Shown here one piece after another: positions 1-12,499 of a DNA stretch of 64,000 nt (within the stretch, counting starts at the first letter, position 1; the number at the start of each line of letters is the position of its first letter). The position numbers and the translations under genes were made by a program. Source of the stretch: Mobula hypostoma. Taxonomy: Eukaryota. The DNA lies in assembly GCF_963921235.1 (NCBI RefSeq), contig NC_086115.1, positions 39,804,001 through 39,868,000 of the forward strand, in the 5' to 3' direction. The notes beneath the pieces are model-generated. The model had not been told where the DNA came from and did not search any database. It saw only the letters and a program-made list of their open reading frames with translations.

Positions 1-94
1 TCCACTCCTAATTAGTGTACCTGGTGTATAACTCTTCTTTGGACATGAAAGAAACCAGTAGCATGCAACCATAGTGACGGGCACAAACACTCTA

Positions 95-295
95 GGAACT
101 GCTTTGTCCAAGAACAGACAGCCATGGAGGCCAAGTCTTTGGGTATAATTGAAGTGGAGTTTCTTGATTAGGAGGGTGCGTCAAAGATTACAAGGAAAAG
201 GCAGGAGAATGAGAGGTAATAAATCAGCCGTAGTGGAACAACCTCGATGTGCCGAATGGCCTAATTCTGCTTCTATGTCTTATGGTCGTATGGTA
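95..295 (+). mobile_element. CR1 LINE 3' end fragment
   Basis: 3' UTR motif 'gccgaatggcctaattctgcttctatgtcttatggtcgtatggt' matches the other CR1 tails in the window (45650-45690, 60060-60100). Confidence 0.8.
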
Positions 296-2984
296 TGCTT
301 GAATGTCCTAGCTACAGCTCTGAATTTTCTTTGGCTAAAGAACGGAGCTAGCTGCGATGGTGTTGAAGGGACTGGTGGTGGGGGCAGGAGTGGGAGGTTT
401 GATCACTCATTGAACCTCATTTGCACGAAACTGGGGCACTGCATGTTTCTAACAATGAACTGGCAGCAGCTCTCAGGTGAGTCCTATGAGATGAGGGAGG
501 TGGGGAGGAGGAATTAAATATTGCCAAGGATATTCTGGCCCCAGGGAATTGTCGGTGAAATTGGAACCTTATTACCCCTACTCTGAGCTTGGAAAGCAGG
601 TGAAACAAGATCCAATTCTGCCCTCTGAGGCTCTCAAGATATACAGAAAATCAATCAAATTTGTCAGATTAATGTTACTTTTGTCTTTGTTGCAGTGTTT
701 GCTGAGTGCTCAGAAAGTCCTGAAAAAAAAATCTACTGAGCAGCCAACAGACAAAAGCTGGACTTGCCACAATAAATGTACTTTAGAAACTAATAGCTCA
801 TTGCATTTATATAGCAGCTTTCACAGATTCAGCATTTCAAGACTAATATCAAATTTTACAAATTTAATCTCTGCAGAAATAGGGGAAGTATGACTATGTA
901 TCTTGATCCTGGCACAGAAGTGTCAACAAACATTGAAAAGGAGACCAAGGAAAACAAATCAAACACTGCATTTGATCATTTATTATATATTTCAGTCATG
1001 AAGAAGTCTAATTTGGCCATCAATATTTAATTGGATTGGTCGTTCTGTGATAAGCAAAAAAGTTCACAATTTGTTCCACCTAATGGAAATTCCTAGTTTG
1101 CCAGTTAATTTTGTACTATCTATCTGCACATACTATTTACTAAAATAATTTGAATAAAATTAATCATATAAATAGTAAGCCACATAACTGAAGAGATGAG
1201 AGCACAGTGACATCTAAAAATAGTCATTATTTTTTCCATGATTGATTTCGCATTAGTTAAGAAGCTTATTTAAGTATTTATATTCTGGATTTGGCCAGTC
1301 AGCTTGCATTTTATGGCATTATGTCCTACATAGAGAAATAATTATTTTTATTTCCACCAGTACTTTCATACACAACTGGTTCCAATTTTGTTCACTATTT
1401 TTAGATAGTTAAGGAGCTGATTAAATATTGAACAGGTTCAAGCTGAACACCTGGGATAATTTACTGGCATAAGGAGATGCCAGCCTGAAATTGTTACACG
1501 GTGAGTAATCATTTCCTATTCTGCCTAGAAGATGGGCAGATTTGTTCTACTTTAAATGTTACAAATTATATCTGCTTAGAATTAAGAGAAAATCATTTTA
1601 ACAAGAAAGTCTTGGGGCTGCCAGGTTTGCAGTGACAGGCAAAGAATAATCCTCAAAAAATCCATTCGAAGTCTTCAAAAAATGCATGAGGATCAGTTTG
1701 AGGCTTTCTGGGCTGTGCTTTGGAAAAGGCAGCCTTTTTATATTCTGACAGGAAGCACTGGTTCCCTGGTTGTTATTGCCCTACCAGCCAGGCTTTTTTA
1801 TGTTAGTCCCTGCTGCATAGTTACTTCTTCGTTTCCTGCCTCCTGTCAGTTGTACTAGCTCAGGAGGGCTATTAAATTAACTCTGTGCCAGAAGAATTCA
1901 TGTGACACATTACCTGGTGAGTCTGACAGTCCATTCTACAACTGAAGAGATATCAGAGGGCCAAGGGACTTCCTGTATAGCGAGGTGTACAGGATGGATT
2001 TTGAATGTCACATGGTATTACTGGTGAGAACTTTTTCTATTGAAGCCCTGTAATTTGATATCATTCATAGATTCTTTGTCTTTGTGCTTGCGGCAAGAAT
2101 AAAGAGACTAATGATAAACCCGTATCATTTGAGAATTCAGCAAGTACATTGGACTATTTTCGCAAAGACTCATTTGTCTTGTAACCTGCTCTTCATTAGC
2201 AGCATTACAATTTCTTTCTATGCAGCACACTGGAAATCTCCCATATTGGCTTCATGTGATGATAGAAATTTGCACTTTTAACCGTTCCATTCCAGAAACA
2301 GAAATAAATTGTGGCTGGGTCAGGTACAATTCTACTGCAGTCTGCTTTACGGAGAAAACAAAACTCCACACACCTTGGCTGTTGGTGAGTTCACCACATA
2401 ATAATAAAACATCTTTGGAAAAATAGTCTGTCTATCAGAAACGATTCTCATGCTGAGCATATAATTGGTCGTGTTGTTTATTCCCATTCTAGATTGAGCC
2501 ACCAAGAGCTACAGCTGCACCAATGACTAAGAGCATTGGGAGTAGCGGGGTGAACGTTATTGAACAGGAATTAGACGGGATGTAAACTATCAGCTGAAGA
2601 TGCAGGCCAACCATAACAATATTAAATTCTGACCAGATAATTGATGCCCTTTATCACTATGAACCTGTAACTCTTATAGCCCATAGGTTAGTAATACACT
2701 ACACAAAAGTAGCAGGATCAGTTAAAATTAGATCGCAGAACTTTAAACGTATAGCTGCTAAACTTTAGTGGTATTAGGATATTAACCTAATACTGTACTG
2801 GAATACATATTAGTGGTGTAAAAAAAGATAGCAGTAATATAAATCATGAACAAATATTGTAAGTACAGAATCATTGTTCTTGTATTTATAATCTTCTTTC
2901 CATTTATGCTGCTGAAGAGGTATAATATATATTTATATCTGTCTAGAAAATTTAATGAAAAATGGTGTCAATAAACAATAGAGT

Positions 2985-3370
2985 AAGAAATGCATTTATA
3001 ATATAAAAGATATTGCATTTATGACTTTATTATTCTACTCAGAAAGTCTTAATGTGCATCATTGATTATAGGTGACTGATGTTAAACATAATAGCCAATC
3101 TCTGAACAGAAGCATCCCACAAGCAGCTGGATGAATGACTAGCTAATTTTTTTCTTTCTGTTGTGGTTGGCTGAGGAAAGAACTATCACCAGGACACTGT
3201 GAGAATGTACTGCTGTTCTTTGAAAATTACCGTTGGATCTTTAACATCTATGTGGAATAATACATTTTGGATATGATACCTCAGTTTGATGTCTCATCAA
3301 AGTGCTGCAACCTAGATTATATGCTCATGTCTTACAGAGGAGTTAAACCTTTTGACTCAGTAACTAAAAT
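2985..3370 (-). mobile_element. Ancient DeuSINE-like element (AmnSINE/SacSINE type), decayed
   Basis: Ordered degenerate motifs 'ccaggacactgtgagaa..ctgctgttcttt..ggatctttaacatc..cctcagtttgatgtctcatc..cctagattatatgctca..ccttttgactcag' resemble the reverse complement of the Deu-domain SINE consensus as I recall it. Further fragments near 9750-9860 and 39205-39380. Confidence 0.65.
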
Positions 3371-3649
3371 AAGGCAAAAGCTGTCTACTATTTTAGACTG
3401 AAATCTCCATTCTCTCTACAACATGTCAACAGAAATTTGCATTGCTCCAGGCTAGTCAGACTCCTTTGATGACTGATTCTAAGAATTTTGACCGGAATTG
3501 TGTTGAAGTTGGTGCAAGGTTTCAAATGGAAATTAGTTCAGATTTCATGACCGTTCCAGATCAGTGCTGCCAGCTAAAGGAAAACATCTGGTTCAAATAT
3601 AAAAGCCTTCAGGTCTAACATATAAAGATCCTATTCAGCTAGTGGTAAC

Positions 3650-3930
3650 AATCTTTATTATTATAGTGTCATGAAAGGATCATGGCAACCCGATGAACTT
3701 CACAGGACCAGCAGCAAATAAAACTTGGCACCAAACCACATAAAGGAACATTGGGATAGATGACCAAATGATGGTGAGAGAGGTGGGCTTTAAAGAGAGG
3801 AGAGAGAGAGGAGGAGGAGAGACTTAGGGAGGGAATTCCACAGCTTGAGGTCTCGGCATCTTAAACTACAACCATCAGTGAGGAGGACATTAAATTCAGG
3901 ACCAATCGAAAAGCATGAATTAGAAGAGTA
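3650..3930 (-). mobile_element. L2-like LINE 3' fragment, decayed
   Basis: 'gaggtgggctttaa..ggagagacttagggagggaattccacagcttgagg' is the typical reverse-strand L2 ORF2 C-terminus pattern; a similar piece lies at ~50400-50480. Confidence 0.55.
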
Positions 3931-3989
3931 TAGCTTTTCTGGCTACGTTACAGCCTGGTATGCAAACACCAATGCCCTTGAATGAAAAA

Positions 3990-4530
3990 TCCTACAAAAA
4001 GTGGCGGAAAACACTCAGTCTGTCACAGGCAGACCCCTACCTACCATTGACCACATCTACAGAAGCATTGTGACAGAAAAGCGGCACCCATCTTCAGCGA
4101 TACCCCCACCATCCAGGCCATGCTCTCCTCTCACTGCCGCCATCAGAAAGAAGGTACAGGAGCCTCAGGACTCACTCCACCAGGTTCAGGAACAGTTCCT
4201 ACCCCTCAAATATCAGGCTCTTGAACCAAAGGGGATTACTTCACTTGCCCCATTATTGAAATATTCCCACAAACTATGGACACACTTTCAAGGACTCCTC
4301 ATCTCATGTTCTCAATATTTATTGTTTATTCATTATGATGATTATTTTTTAGTTTTTGTATTTGCAGAGCTTGTCGTCTTTTCCATGTTGGCTGAACAGC
4401 CCAGTTGGTGCAGTCCTTCAGAGATTCTGTTATGGTTATATTTCCATTATATTATTAAGTATGCCCACAAGAAAACAAATCTCAGGATTGTATATAGTGA
4501 CATATATGTACTTTGACAATGTACTTTGAA
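3990..4530 (+). mobile_element. Rex1/Babar-like LINE 3' fragment
   Basis: Frameshifted 'QSVTGRPLPTIDHIY..HPGHALLSLPPSERRYRSLRTHSTRFRNS' C-terminal motif followed by a tail 'tatatgtactttga..actttgaa'. Confidence 0.8.
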
Positions 4531-4829
4531 TGACTGAGCTGGAAGAAGGATGAATCCTTGGTAGGGTATGATGTTTAAAACCAAGGACTTGTTCCTCCAG
4601 GAATTGATGAGAATTAGCATACGGGTGATAGGTGTGTAGGATTACATGACTAGGGACATGGACAACAAGGTCTTGAATGAGGAAGGTACTTGGCAGAAAG
4701 ATAACCAGTTGTTCCTGAGGATAGAGATATTGAGGGTGTGGATGAATTCTAGCACTAAACAAGGACAATATCAAACTGTGTTACAGAAGTGGTTTTAGTA
4801 ATGGAGTGTTAACATGGAGTGTTAATATC

Positions 4830-5376
4830 ATACAGTGTGGTATGCCAGCTGCACAGTCGCTGAGCAACAAGACTGCATCGCGTGGGAAGGCGGCCCAGCG
4901 AATTGCCAGGATGGAGCTCCCAGGACTGGACACCATCTATTCCAGCAGACTCAGGAGGAAGGCAATCAGCATAACCAGAGACGCCACACACCCTGGCCAC
5001 TCCCTGTTTGACCCGCTGCTGTCCAGCAAAAGGTTCAGGACACTGAAAGCCAGAACAAATAGACTGAGGAACAGCTTCTATCCCAGAGCTGTGGCCTCCA
5101 TCACACCACTCCCACAGAACAATGACTGAAACTGTGAGCACACACACACACACACACACAAGGACTCAAATACTTGCACTAACGACACTTTGTGCATTAC
5201 TGTGATATTCTGGTGCTGCTGAAACTTATTTTCTGCTACTTATCTATTTAATACAGTTTTTCTATTTCTGTCTTGTTTTTATCTACCGCTTTATTTAATT
5301 GCCTGAGAGGAAGCCAAACAGAGTTTCATTGTAACTATGTATAATGACAACAAAGATCATTCAATTCAATTCAATT
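4830..5376 (+). mobile_element. Rex1/Babar-like LINE 3' fragment with (attca)n tail
   Basis: ORF 4806-5129 'AQRIARMELPGLDTIYSSRLRRKAISITRDATHPGHSLFDPLLSSKRFRTLKARTNRLRNSFYPRAV' is the Rex1 ORF2 C-terminal domain; ends in attcaattcaattcaatt. (CA)11 at 5139-5160. Confidence 0.85.
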
Positions 5377-6619
5377 AATATGAAATGAGGCTAAGGAATC
5401 CTGATATTTGAGGTAAAGTTGGGAATAAGGAATTAAACAAAAGTTTGGTCATGATCCAGTTAAATAATGTAGCCTTCCATGGGGTGAATGGCGTATCCCA
5501 GTTCCCGATATTCTTACATTTGGCAGTATCACCAAAGTATCCCTATTCAACCTTAATGTTATTGTCCTTCTTACATGAGTTAAAAACAATAACTAAGAGG
5601 CTTTAGAGCTGGAGCCACTTTAAATAATTAATAGGTAAATCTACTTCACATTAAAAATGTACATCATATATGCACCTTTATGTTATATAAAGCAAAGCTT
5701 TCTTAGCCTAAACCTTTTGTGGAAATGGGCAGAAATTTCATGGATACCAATTTAAACATCCACTCCTCTAACAATTTGATGCTTTCAGAAAATATTAATA
5801 CATAAATATATACATTCTAAAATTCTTTAAATTCCACTTTTTACTTCCATAATAGACAGTTATACAGCAAATGAAGGATTGTAAGTTTTATTTATCTTTC
5901 AATGTTCTAACATCCAATGAGCAGTTGTTTTAATATAATTTTTTTTCCAAAAAAATACAATAAACAGCTGACTAATTGTGTCACCATGTGGTATATTGGA
6001 ATATTAATTAGTGGTAGCTATTTCATTTCCTGGAACCTTCTCATATATAAATATAATATCTATTCTTATTTACTTCATTACTATTTCTCTACTTGTCTGC
6101 CATTGTCTGGTTCTGTCAGATAGAATTGCAGTACTACAGCCAATTTGAATAACTGTACATATTTAATATAAGGACATTTCTGGTATTAATTCTGTTACAA
6201 AGTCCTTTCTTTTAATGTAGTGTTTTATGGTATTATTAATCCTGCACATGAAGTCTGACTGAGAATTCTGGGGAAATTACTGAACATGGAATTGTGCAGA
6301 AAAAGACACATAGAGAAATTAAGATCATCATTGTTAAAACCTATTGCTATAATCACACTTACAAATCTCTGTCCAAAAATCTCCCAATGTTGTCCAATGT
6401 CAAATTTTATTAGTTTATAGTATCGTGATATTGGGATATCTACGTTAACAGTGCAATAGAATGCATGGAGCCATTTAGTTTGGTGCTATATGACTGAAAA
6501 TTGCAAGTTCCTTGTGCAGTTGAAGTGATATCTGTGTCAGATAGACATCTTAATATGTTACCTTATTTTGGACATTCCCAGGGCAACTCGGTCTTTGAAT
6601 TGCACCACTGGACTCCAAT

Positions 6620-7015
6620 AGGATTTTGCTTGAATGTATTTCTCAGGATGTGGGGAGCACTGCTGGAGCCAGCATTTATTACAAGTCCTTATTGTCCCTG
6701 TCTTGCAAAGCCATTTCAGAAAGAGCTTTAAAGCTGGAGCCTGGATTCACATACATATTACAATGGATAAAGATAGCAGATTTTTATTTTGCTCTGCAGG
6801 ACATCAGTGGAAAAAAAGACTTTTTTTTCTTATTTAACATGAGTCTGGTACCTTTATATCTTCATTACTACTGAATAAATTTGTTTGTGGAAAACCTGAT
6901 TATTAACCAAATATAAGTTTTTGAACTTCTGCATTGGGAATTGAACTCGGAACTCTGGATTGTTAGACCAAGTTTCTGGATTACTAGTATAATATTTTAA
7001 CAACTACACCACCAT
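6620..7015 (-). mobile_element. tRNA-derived SINE, decayed
   Basis: Reverse-strand tRNA-like head ('gggaattgaactc..tctggattactagt..aactacacc') and 'gccagcatttatt..cct' tail; homologous copy at ~18170-18490. Confidence 0.6.
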
Positions 7016-7942
7016 TGTACCTTAAAGTAATCATCTAACTTCTCTATTTTTACGTTCCCCCACTGAAATTTCTCACTCTCCCCATCACAGTTTATATGTA
7101 CTACCCCCATCATCTACTGATCCTCATCTCATTGGCTCAAGAACCGATCATGCCCCCATGTACAATACTTTCATCATTGATCATCCAATTAGAGCAGACA
7201 TCCAAAACCCACCCCACTTTTCAGCTAGGAATTTCCCCTGTGGGGGGGATCTGATTTACATAACCTTGTCTCAATCAGCATTTTACCTAATCCTCAACCT
7301 GAATCGACCCTAGACTATGTTCCTGGTTCACAACACTCCCCCATAATTTGTAAGTACTTACTTGAATGTCAATCAAATTCTTCAACACTGCCCTTTCACT
7401 TACCCAATAATTCACCTGCTCCTAGGCCTTTATGTCCTCTCGTTCTCTCCCTCATCAGCTCACTAACACAGCATCACCCAAAGCCCTCTCTCATTTTCAT
7501 TAGTAATCTATTTTGCCCACCAATGGGGGTGCACCAGAATTTCCAGGCAAGGCTGCCATTTTTATTATTTGGTCTTGAACAATACAGGGCACAGAATCTT
7601 GTATCTGAGCTTGGGAAAGACTGAAGGCCAAGTGATATTCGACACAGAGCAGCTCAGCTCCATGAGGCACTCAAACCAGGGAGCTATGCCTGGGGCAATC
7701 TAATTACACATCTAATCCATACCTATGCATTGCACAGGACCCAATATCATTAGAGTTTAATATTATTCAAAGCTAGGCTCCAGCATAAAACAGAGAGACA
7801 CATTATGCTTGCTGATGGTACTGGCAAGATTCAAGACATTTGAGTTCTGATGAAAGAACTTTGACCTGAGATATTAAGTCTGTTTCTCTCTCCAGATGTT
7901 TTGACTGATCTGTTGAACACTTCCAATCAACATTGTATAGAG

Positions 7943-8026
7943 CAGGGGTTCCCAGCCTGTGGTCTATGGACCCATTGCTTAATGGTATTGGTACGTGACA
8001 TAAAAAAAAAACGTTGGGAACCCCTG
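7943..8026. mobile_element. 84-bp hAT (Buster/Charlie-type) MITE
   Basis: TIRs caggggttccca / tgggaacccctg; perfect 8-bp TSD gtaTAgag (7935-7942, 8027-8034) with central TA. Confidence 0.92.
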
Positions 8027-8224
8027 GTATAGAGGAAGGAAGAGTTCTAGCTGATTGTGGGATATGGCATAAACCAAGGTCTTGGAACCTGTACTTAAAG
8101 GGAATGTGGTAGATGGAAGAACACTCATCCTATCTGTCAGAGCACTGCCTATACACTATAGATTTTTTAATGTCTGGAACAACAAACAAAATGTGTGGAA
8201 TTTCTGCAAGTACCTGAAGAAAGA

Positions 8225-8440
8225 GCAGCAACGGTAACATAGTGGTTAGCACCAGCAAACGTCGATTGGGGTTTGATTTCCACCACCTTCTGAAAGGGGT
8301 TTGTACGTTTTTCCCGAGCCATGCATGGGTTTCATCTGGCTGCTCCAGCTTTCTCCCAAAGACGTCCAGTTCGGGTTAGGGGTAGAGAGTTGTTCACTTG
8401 TTACGGTGATGGTGGAAGTGTGGCTCCCTGCCCCCAGCAC
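8225..8440 (+). mobile_element. V-SINE-like tRNA-derived SINE
   Basis: tRNA-like head 'gtaacatagtggttagcac..ggtttgattt', then V-domain-like 'tttgtacgtttttccc..tgggtttc..ctccagctttctcccaaagacgt'. Confidence 0.75.
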
Positions 8441-10279
8441 AAGCTTTCTTTAATCTCTTTAAGTAATAATGGTAGTCTTTAGCGTAACTTATTTTTGTAT
8501 TCTGTTGTATAGAATAAGTGAAAGAACATCAGCTGTGGATCTAAAGTACCAACACTGTTGACCTGTCATTATTGTGTTTGATTTGTATCTGCGTGCAGCC
8601 AGTAGTTCATAGTTCTCATGAAAAAAAACCCTTGCTAAAGTGGTAGCAGGACATATTAACTTGGTGCAGACTATCAATAAGCACGTGGCAGTTCAAGAAG
8701 TCTCACAGAGTGCGTAAAGTGGACACAACACACAAAATTCACCCTTAGACCAACCTGCTGCTGAATTTTACACTTTACACCTCTGTTAAGGAATTGATTA
8801 TACATATAGTATTTAAATATTTTATTAATATGTATAAATATGTTTATATTCACATGTTATGAAAGAATTTTCCAGTGAAGGTTTAGCAAGTGCAAACAGG
8901 GACATAAATTATTGCATTGCATACTTGTTGAGTTGCGAGCTGTTGATTGACTGAACGGTTTATAACCCAGGTACACAGAGAGCATCAGAAACATGTTTAA
9001 ACTACTCCAGGAGCTATAAGAGCAATTTGAGATTTCATATATGGTAAATGCTGCATGCTTGGGAGGAAACCAGTGACTGTGAACGTATGGTTACCAAATT
9101 TTTCTATCACTGGGATTCTCCTTGCCTCGTGTCTAAGTCTGTTGTGGTCTAATTCATATTGATTGATTGCTATGATTAGTCAACTCGTTACTGCTCTATT
9201 GCCCAACTACCTGGATAATAAAAAAACAAACTGGATGAAACACAATCACTTTTCATTTAGCAATTTCAATCTGCCTGCATTACATTTAGTCCTTAGCATA
9301 AACTTGAATAAAATGTCTTTGTCCTGGTTAATTCTTTTTGCCTTTATTTAAACTCAAGGCCTTAAATGTTAAAATTAATGAAACCAGTTATGTTTTATAC
9401 TTAATACATTTTAATTATACATTCGATAAATCAATATTTCAAAACACTGAGATGCATAGACGCTCTTTTCCCTCTTCCTACCCCCCCCCCACCAAGATAA
9501 TGTTCCAAGACCTCCAAGACTATTATTAGCCAATATTTGACCTTATGGCTTTAATTTAAAAACATACATTAAAAGATGCTATTTCAAGATATAGCAGGCG
9601 TTCAACTCAACGTGACAATGACCCCATATGAGTTAACTTGGAGAAACAATGTTTGCTATCATTTCTTTAAAGAATGAGACAATAATGATTTTCCCTCATA
9701 CTGAGCCATTCATTCTCTTTTCAGGACATATCAGTACACTTCACGACTAACACAGGAAAAACTTCTCTGCTCTGCTTCAAATTTGTGTTATGGCTCCTTT
9801 TGCATTCATAAGGGTGAATAGACAGAGTCTTAGTTTACAGCAATGAAGACTCTTACAGACAGTCTGAAATGGTCACTTTCATCAAGAGCTTAATGACCCT
9901 GATGATCTTTGTTTGGATTGTTTTAGAAGATACCGATTGTGGTACCCAAACTGTGCTTTCCTTCAGTTTTTCTCATGATGTTTCATTTGTCCAGGCCTTC
10001 ACATGTACTGATAAGAGTTCATAACACAGCAAGCCGTGGTGGTAGTGGGACAGTGGTATTAATTTGTCTTTGGACTATCACACTCACCACATTCATGATT
10101 GTTGAAGGAGTGTATCAACATGGCTACTGTTGCTGGCTACATTGGTGTGGTTCATAGGCTCAGTTATAACTTAGCATGAATGACTGACCCTAAGAACCTT
10201 TCAGTGCTTACGTGGATTGAATTGTGAGTCATTAAGCGTGCCAATTACCAATAAACTATTACGGTAGCGGTAGAGTCAG

Positions 10280-10523
10280 AACCGTAGCATAGCGGTTAGC
10301 AAAATGTTTTACAGTACCAGTGACGGTTTCAATTGCCGCCACTGTCTGTAGGAGTTTGTATGTTCTCTGTGTGACTGTATGGATTTCCTCTGGTGCTGGT
10401 TGATAGGTTGATTGGTCATTGTAAATTGTCCCATATATAGGCTGGGGTTAAATCAGAGGTGGCTAGGTGGAGAGGCTCGAAGAGCATGTCAGGCCTATTC
10501 TGCACTATACCTCAATAAATAAA
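10280..10523 (+). mobile_element. V-SINE-like SINE with (taaa)n tail
   Basis: 'gtagcatagcggttagc..ggagtttgtatgttctc..ggatttcctctggtgct..ttggtcattgtaaattg..ctcaataaataaa'. Confidence 0.8.
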
Positions 10524-10886
10524 GAACCTCTGTGGAAATATTGACTGAGTCTTCATACATTTGCAAATACATTACAAATTGGTGATCGGGATATTAGTTT
10601 TCTTCTGGATTGTTGAATGACCCTGATGAACTTCGTTTGGAAAGTTTTAGGGTAATACCAAATTGTCGTTCCTAAACTGGTTTTTCTTTTTTTTTTTCCT
10701 TCAGTCACTCTCATGATGTTTCATTTGTCCAAAGCCTCCACAGCAAGTCAGAGTGGCAATGGGACAATGGTGTTGATTTGTCTTTGGACTAGCCCACTCA
10801 CAACGTTTAGCTACATGATGATTGTTAAAGGAGTGTATCAACATGGCTGCCATAGCTGACGACAATGGGAAGGTTCTTAGGGTCCA

Positions 10887-10984
10887 ATAAACTCTTCCTG
10901 GGCTTCCAACTCATGTATAGGCTGGAAGCCTAAGAAGAGTTTATGTGTGATATATGCCAGGAAAGCACTAGATCCTTTTATCTC
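10887..10984. mobile_element. 98-bp insertion containing a 58-nt hairpin, 7-bp TSD
   Basis: Absent from duplicate copy 1; flanked by gggtcca (10880-10886, 10985-10991); arms ataaactcttcctgggcttcca / tggaagcctaagaagagtttat match at 20 of 22 positions. Confidence 0.75.
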
Positions 10985-12499
10985 GGGTCCATTGTAACTT
11001 AGCATTAATGACTGATCCTAAAAACCTTTCAATGTTTATGTTTATGTGCATTTAAAATGAAGAATAATCTGAATGCTCTAGGAGAAAGTTATATCATACA
11101 GTAGGAGCTCAACCCATGGGATATGCAAGCATAAGCAGTAATTCTCCTGATTGAGGTAGGTCCAGAGGGATATAGCATATAAACAAGCCTTCTTGCATCC
11201 TGCATGGCAAAAATATTTTGCTTAAAAACGTTGTGCAGAAACTGGGAAATTACTTTAATCCAATGCCTTTATAAATGACTAAAGTTATAATTTTGGGAAA
11301 AGGAGCCAAAGGCAGAGTGAGACAATTAGTGAGTACTTTATTTTATTAAACAATTTCTACTATCAAGCATTAACCATTGAAATTTTTTTGCCTTTTCACT
11401 TTGTGCCTCATGGAGAGATCTGTCTGGTCTGGTAGATTAACAAGTTCAGTCAAAGCTTTTGAGGACACAAAACATGACATTTCGAGCTTACATGTAAGCG
11501 CTGTGTTGATGAAAAGAGATTCAAAGCACTCTGGAAAATTTCATCTGCCACAAGTGACTGTTGTAGATGCAGCTCACAGTCAGAAAGCAGGAACAAAGCC
11601 CTAGACTACAAAAGTGAGTCTGAAGCAGAACATTGAGACTGGTTTACTCGGTTGTTATTGCTGCAATGACCATTACTGACTTATGTACCAGCTGCTGAAT
11701 GCAGAGTCACCTTTCAATGGCCAGCAGGTCCAGAGCTGAAACAAGCATAATAACACGTTTCGTGGTAATTTGAAACATAATAAGGAGGATTCCATATCTT
11801 GGAAATTCATACAAAAAGAAATGTGATTGTACAATAAGCAGTATTGATGTAAAAAGACTTTCAAATCAAGGTCAGCTCTGCAATAGGTTATCCAATTTAA
11901 CTTACCATGGATACTAGCTGATCATCTAGGCATTTCTAATTGCCCTCACCTGTATACCAAAGCTTTAATGTGCCCCTTTTCTTGATTACACTTCCCCTCA
12001 AAGTTCCCTCATTGGATAAATCGAAAGGTTTCATCAACAGATCATCACCATGTCTTTTCTGGCCTCACCATCTTAGAGATATTTCTATTATTCTATCCAT
12101 CCTTCCTCTACCCTCTGCAACTTAAAACTCATTCATTTTCTCTTTCCCCATTCTAATAAAATGTTAGATCTTTTTTTCTCTCTCTTTATGACCTGTTGAG
12201 TATTTCCTGCATTTTTTTTCAATTTTAGATTTGCAGCATCTGCCATTTTTCCTATTTCGAGTAAAGGTGTCGACTATCAATCAGTCTATTAGCACACACA
12301 TTGCTGTTCACTGTTCAATAATGTTTAGCGAGTTCAACCAGATGTTGTTGATAGAAAATACCATCAAACTGGAAACCAGATCTATGGAAGATTTACAGAT
12401 ATCAGGACAAATGGAGTGCAAAGTGCAACGTGATGGATAGGAGGAAACCCAGTTTAATGGAGAATAAGCTAAAATGGAAGCATATTCTCATTGTTGACC

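Larger units (their letters stand above)
9892..11040 (+). repeat. Diverged direct duplication of a ~320-bp non-coding unit (copies ~9892-10212 and ~10616-11040)
   Basis: Shared collinear blocks: aatgaccctgatga; ctcatgatgtttcatttgtcca; atttgtctttggacta; aaggagtgtatcaacatggct; taacttagcat.aatgactga.cctaa.aacctt. Confidence 0.9.

Noticed and set aside
696-776. Strong splice acceptor at 695 with downstream AATAAA (possible terminal exon)
   Set aside because: Short unrecognisable peptide, no upstream partner exon visible, and adjacent to a probable SINE/L2 tail remnant.
10617-10655. Hammerhead-like CTGATGA..GAAA in duplicate copy 2, and C/D-box-like TGATGA..CTGA near 10816-10859
   Set aside because: Stems are weak, spacing is too short for a snoRNA, and the motifs are not conserved in copy 1.
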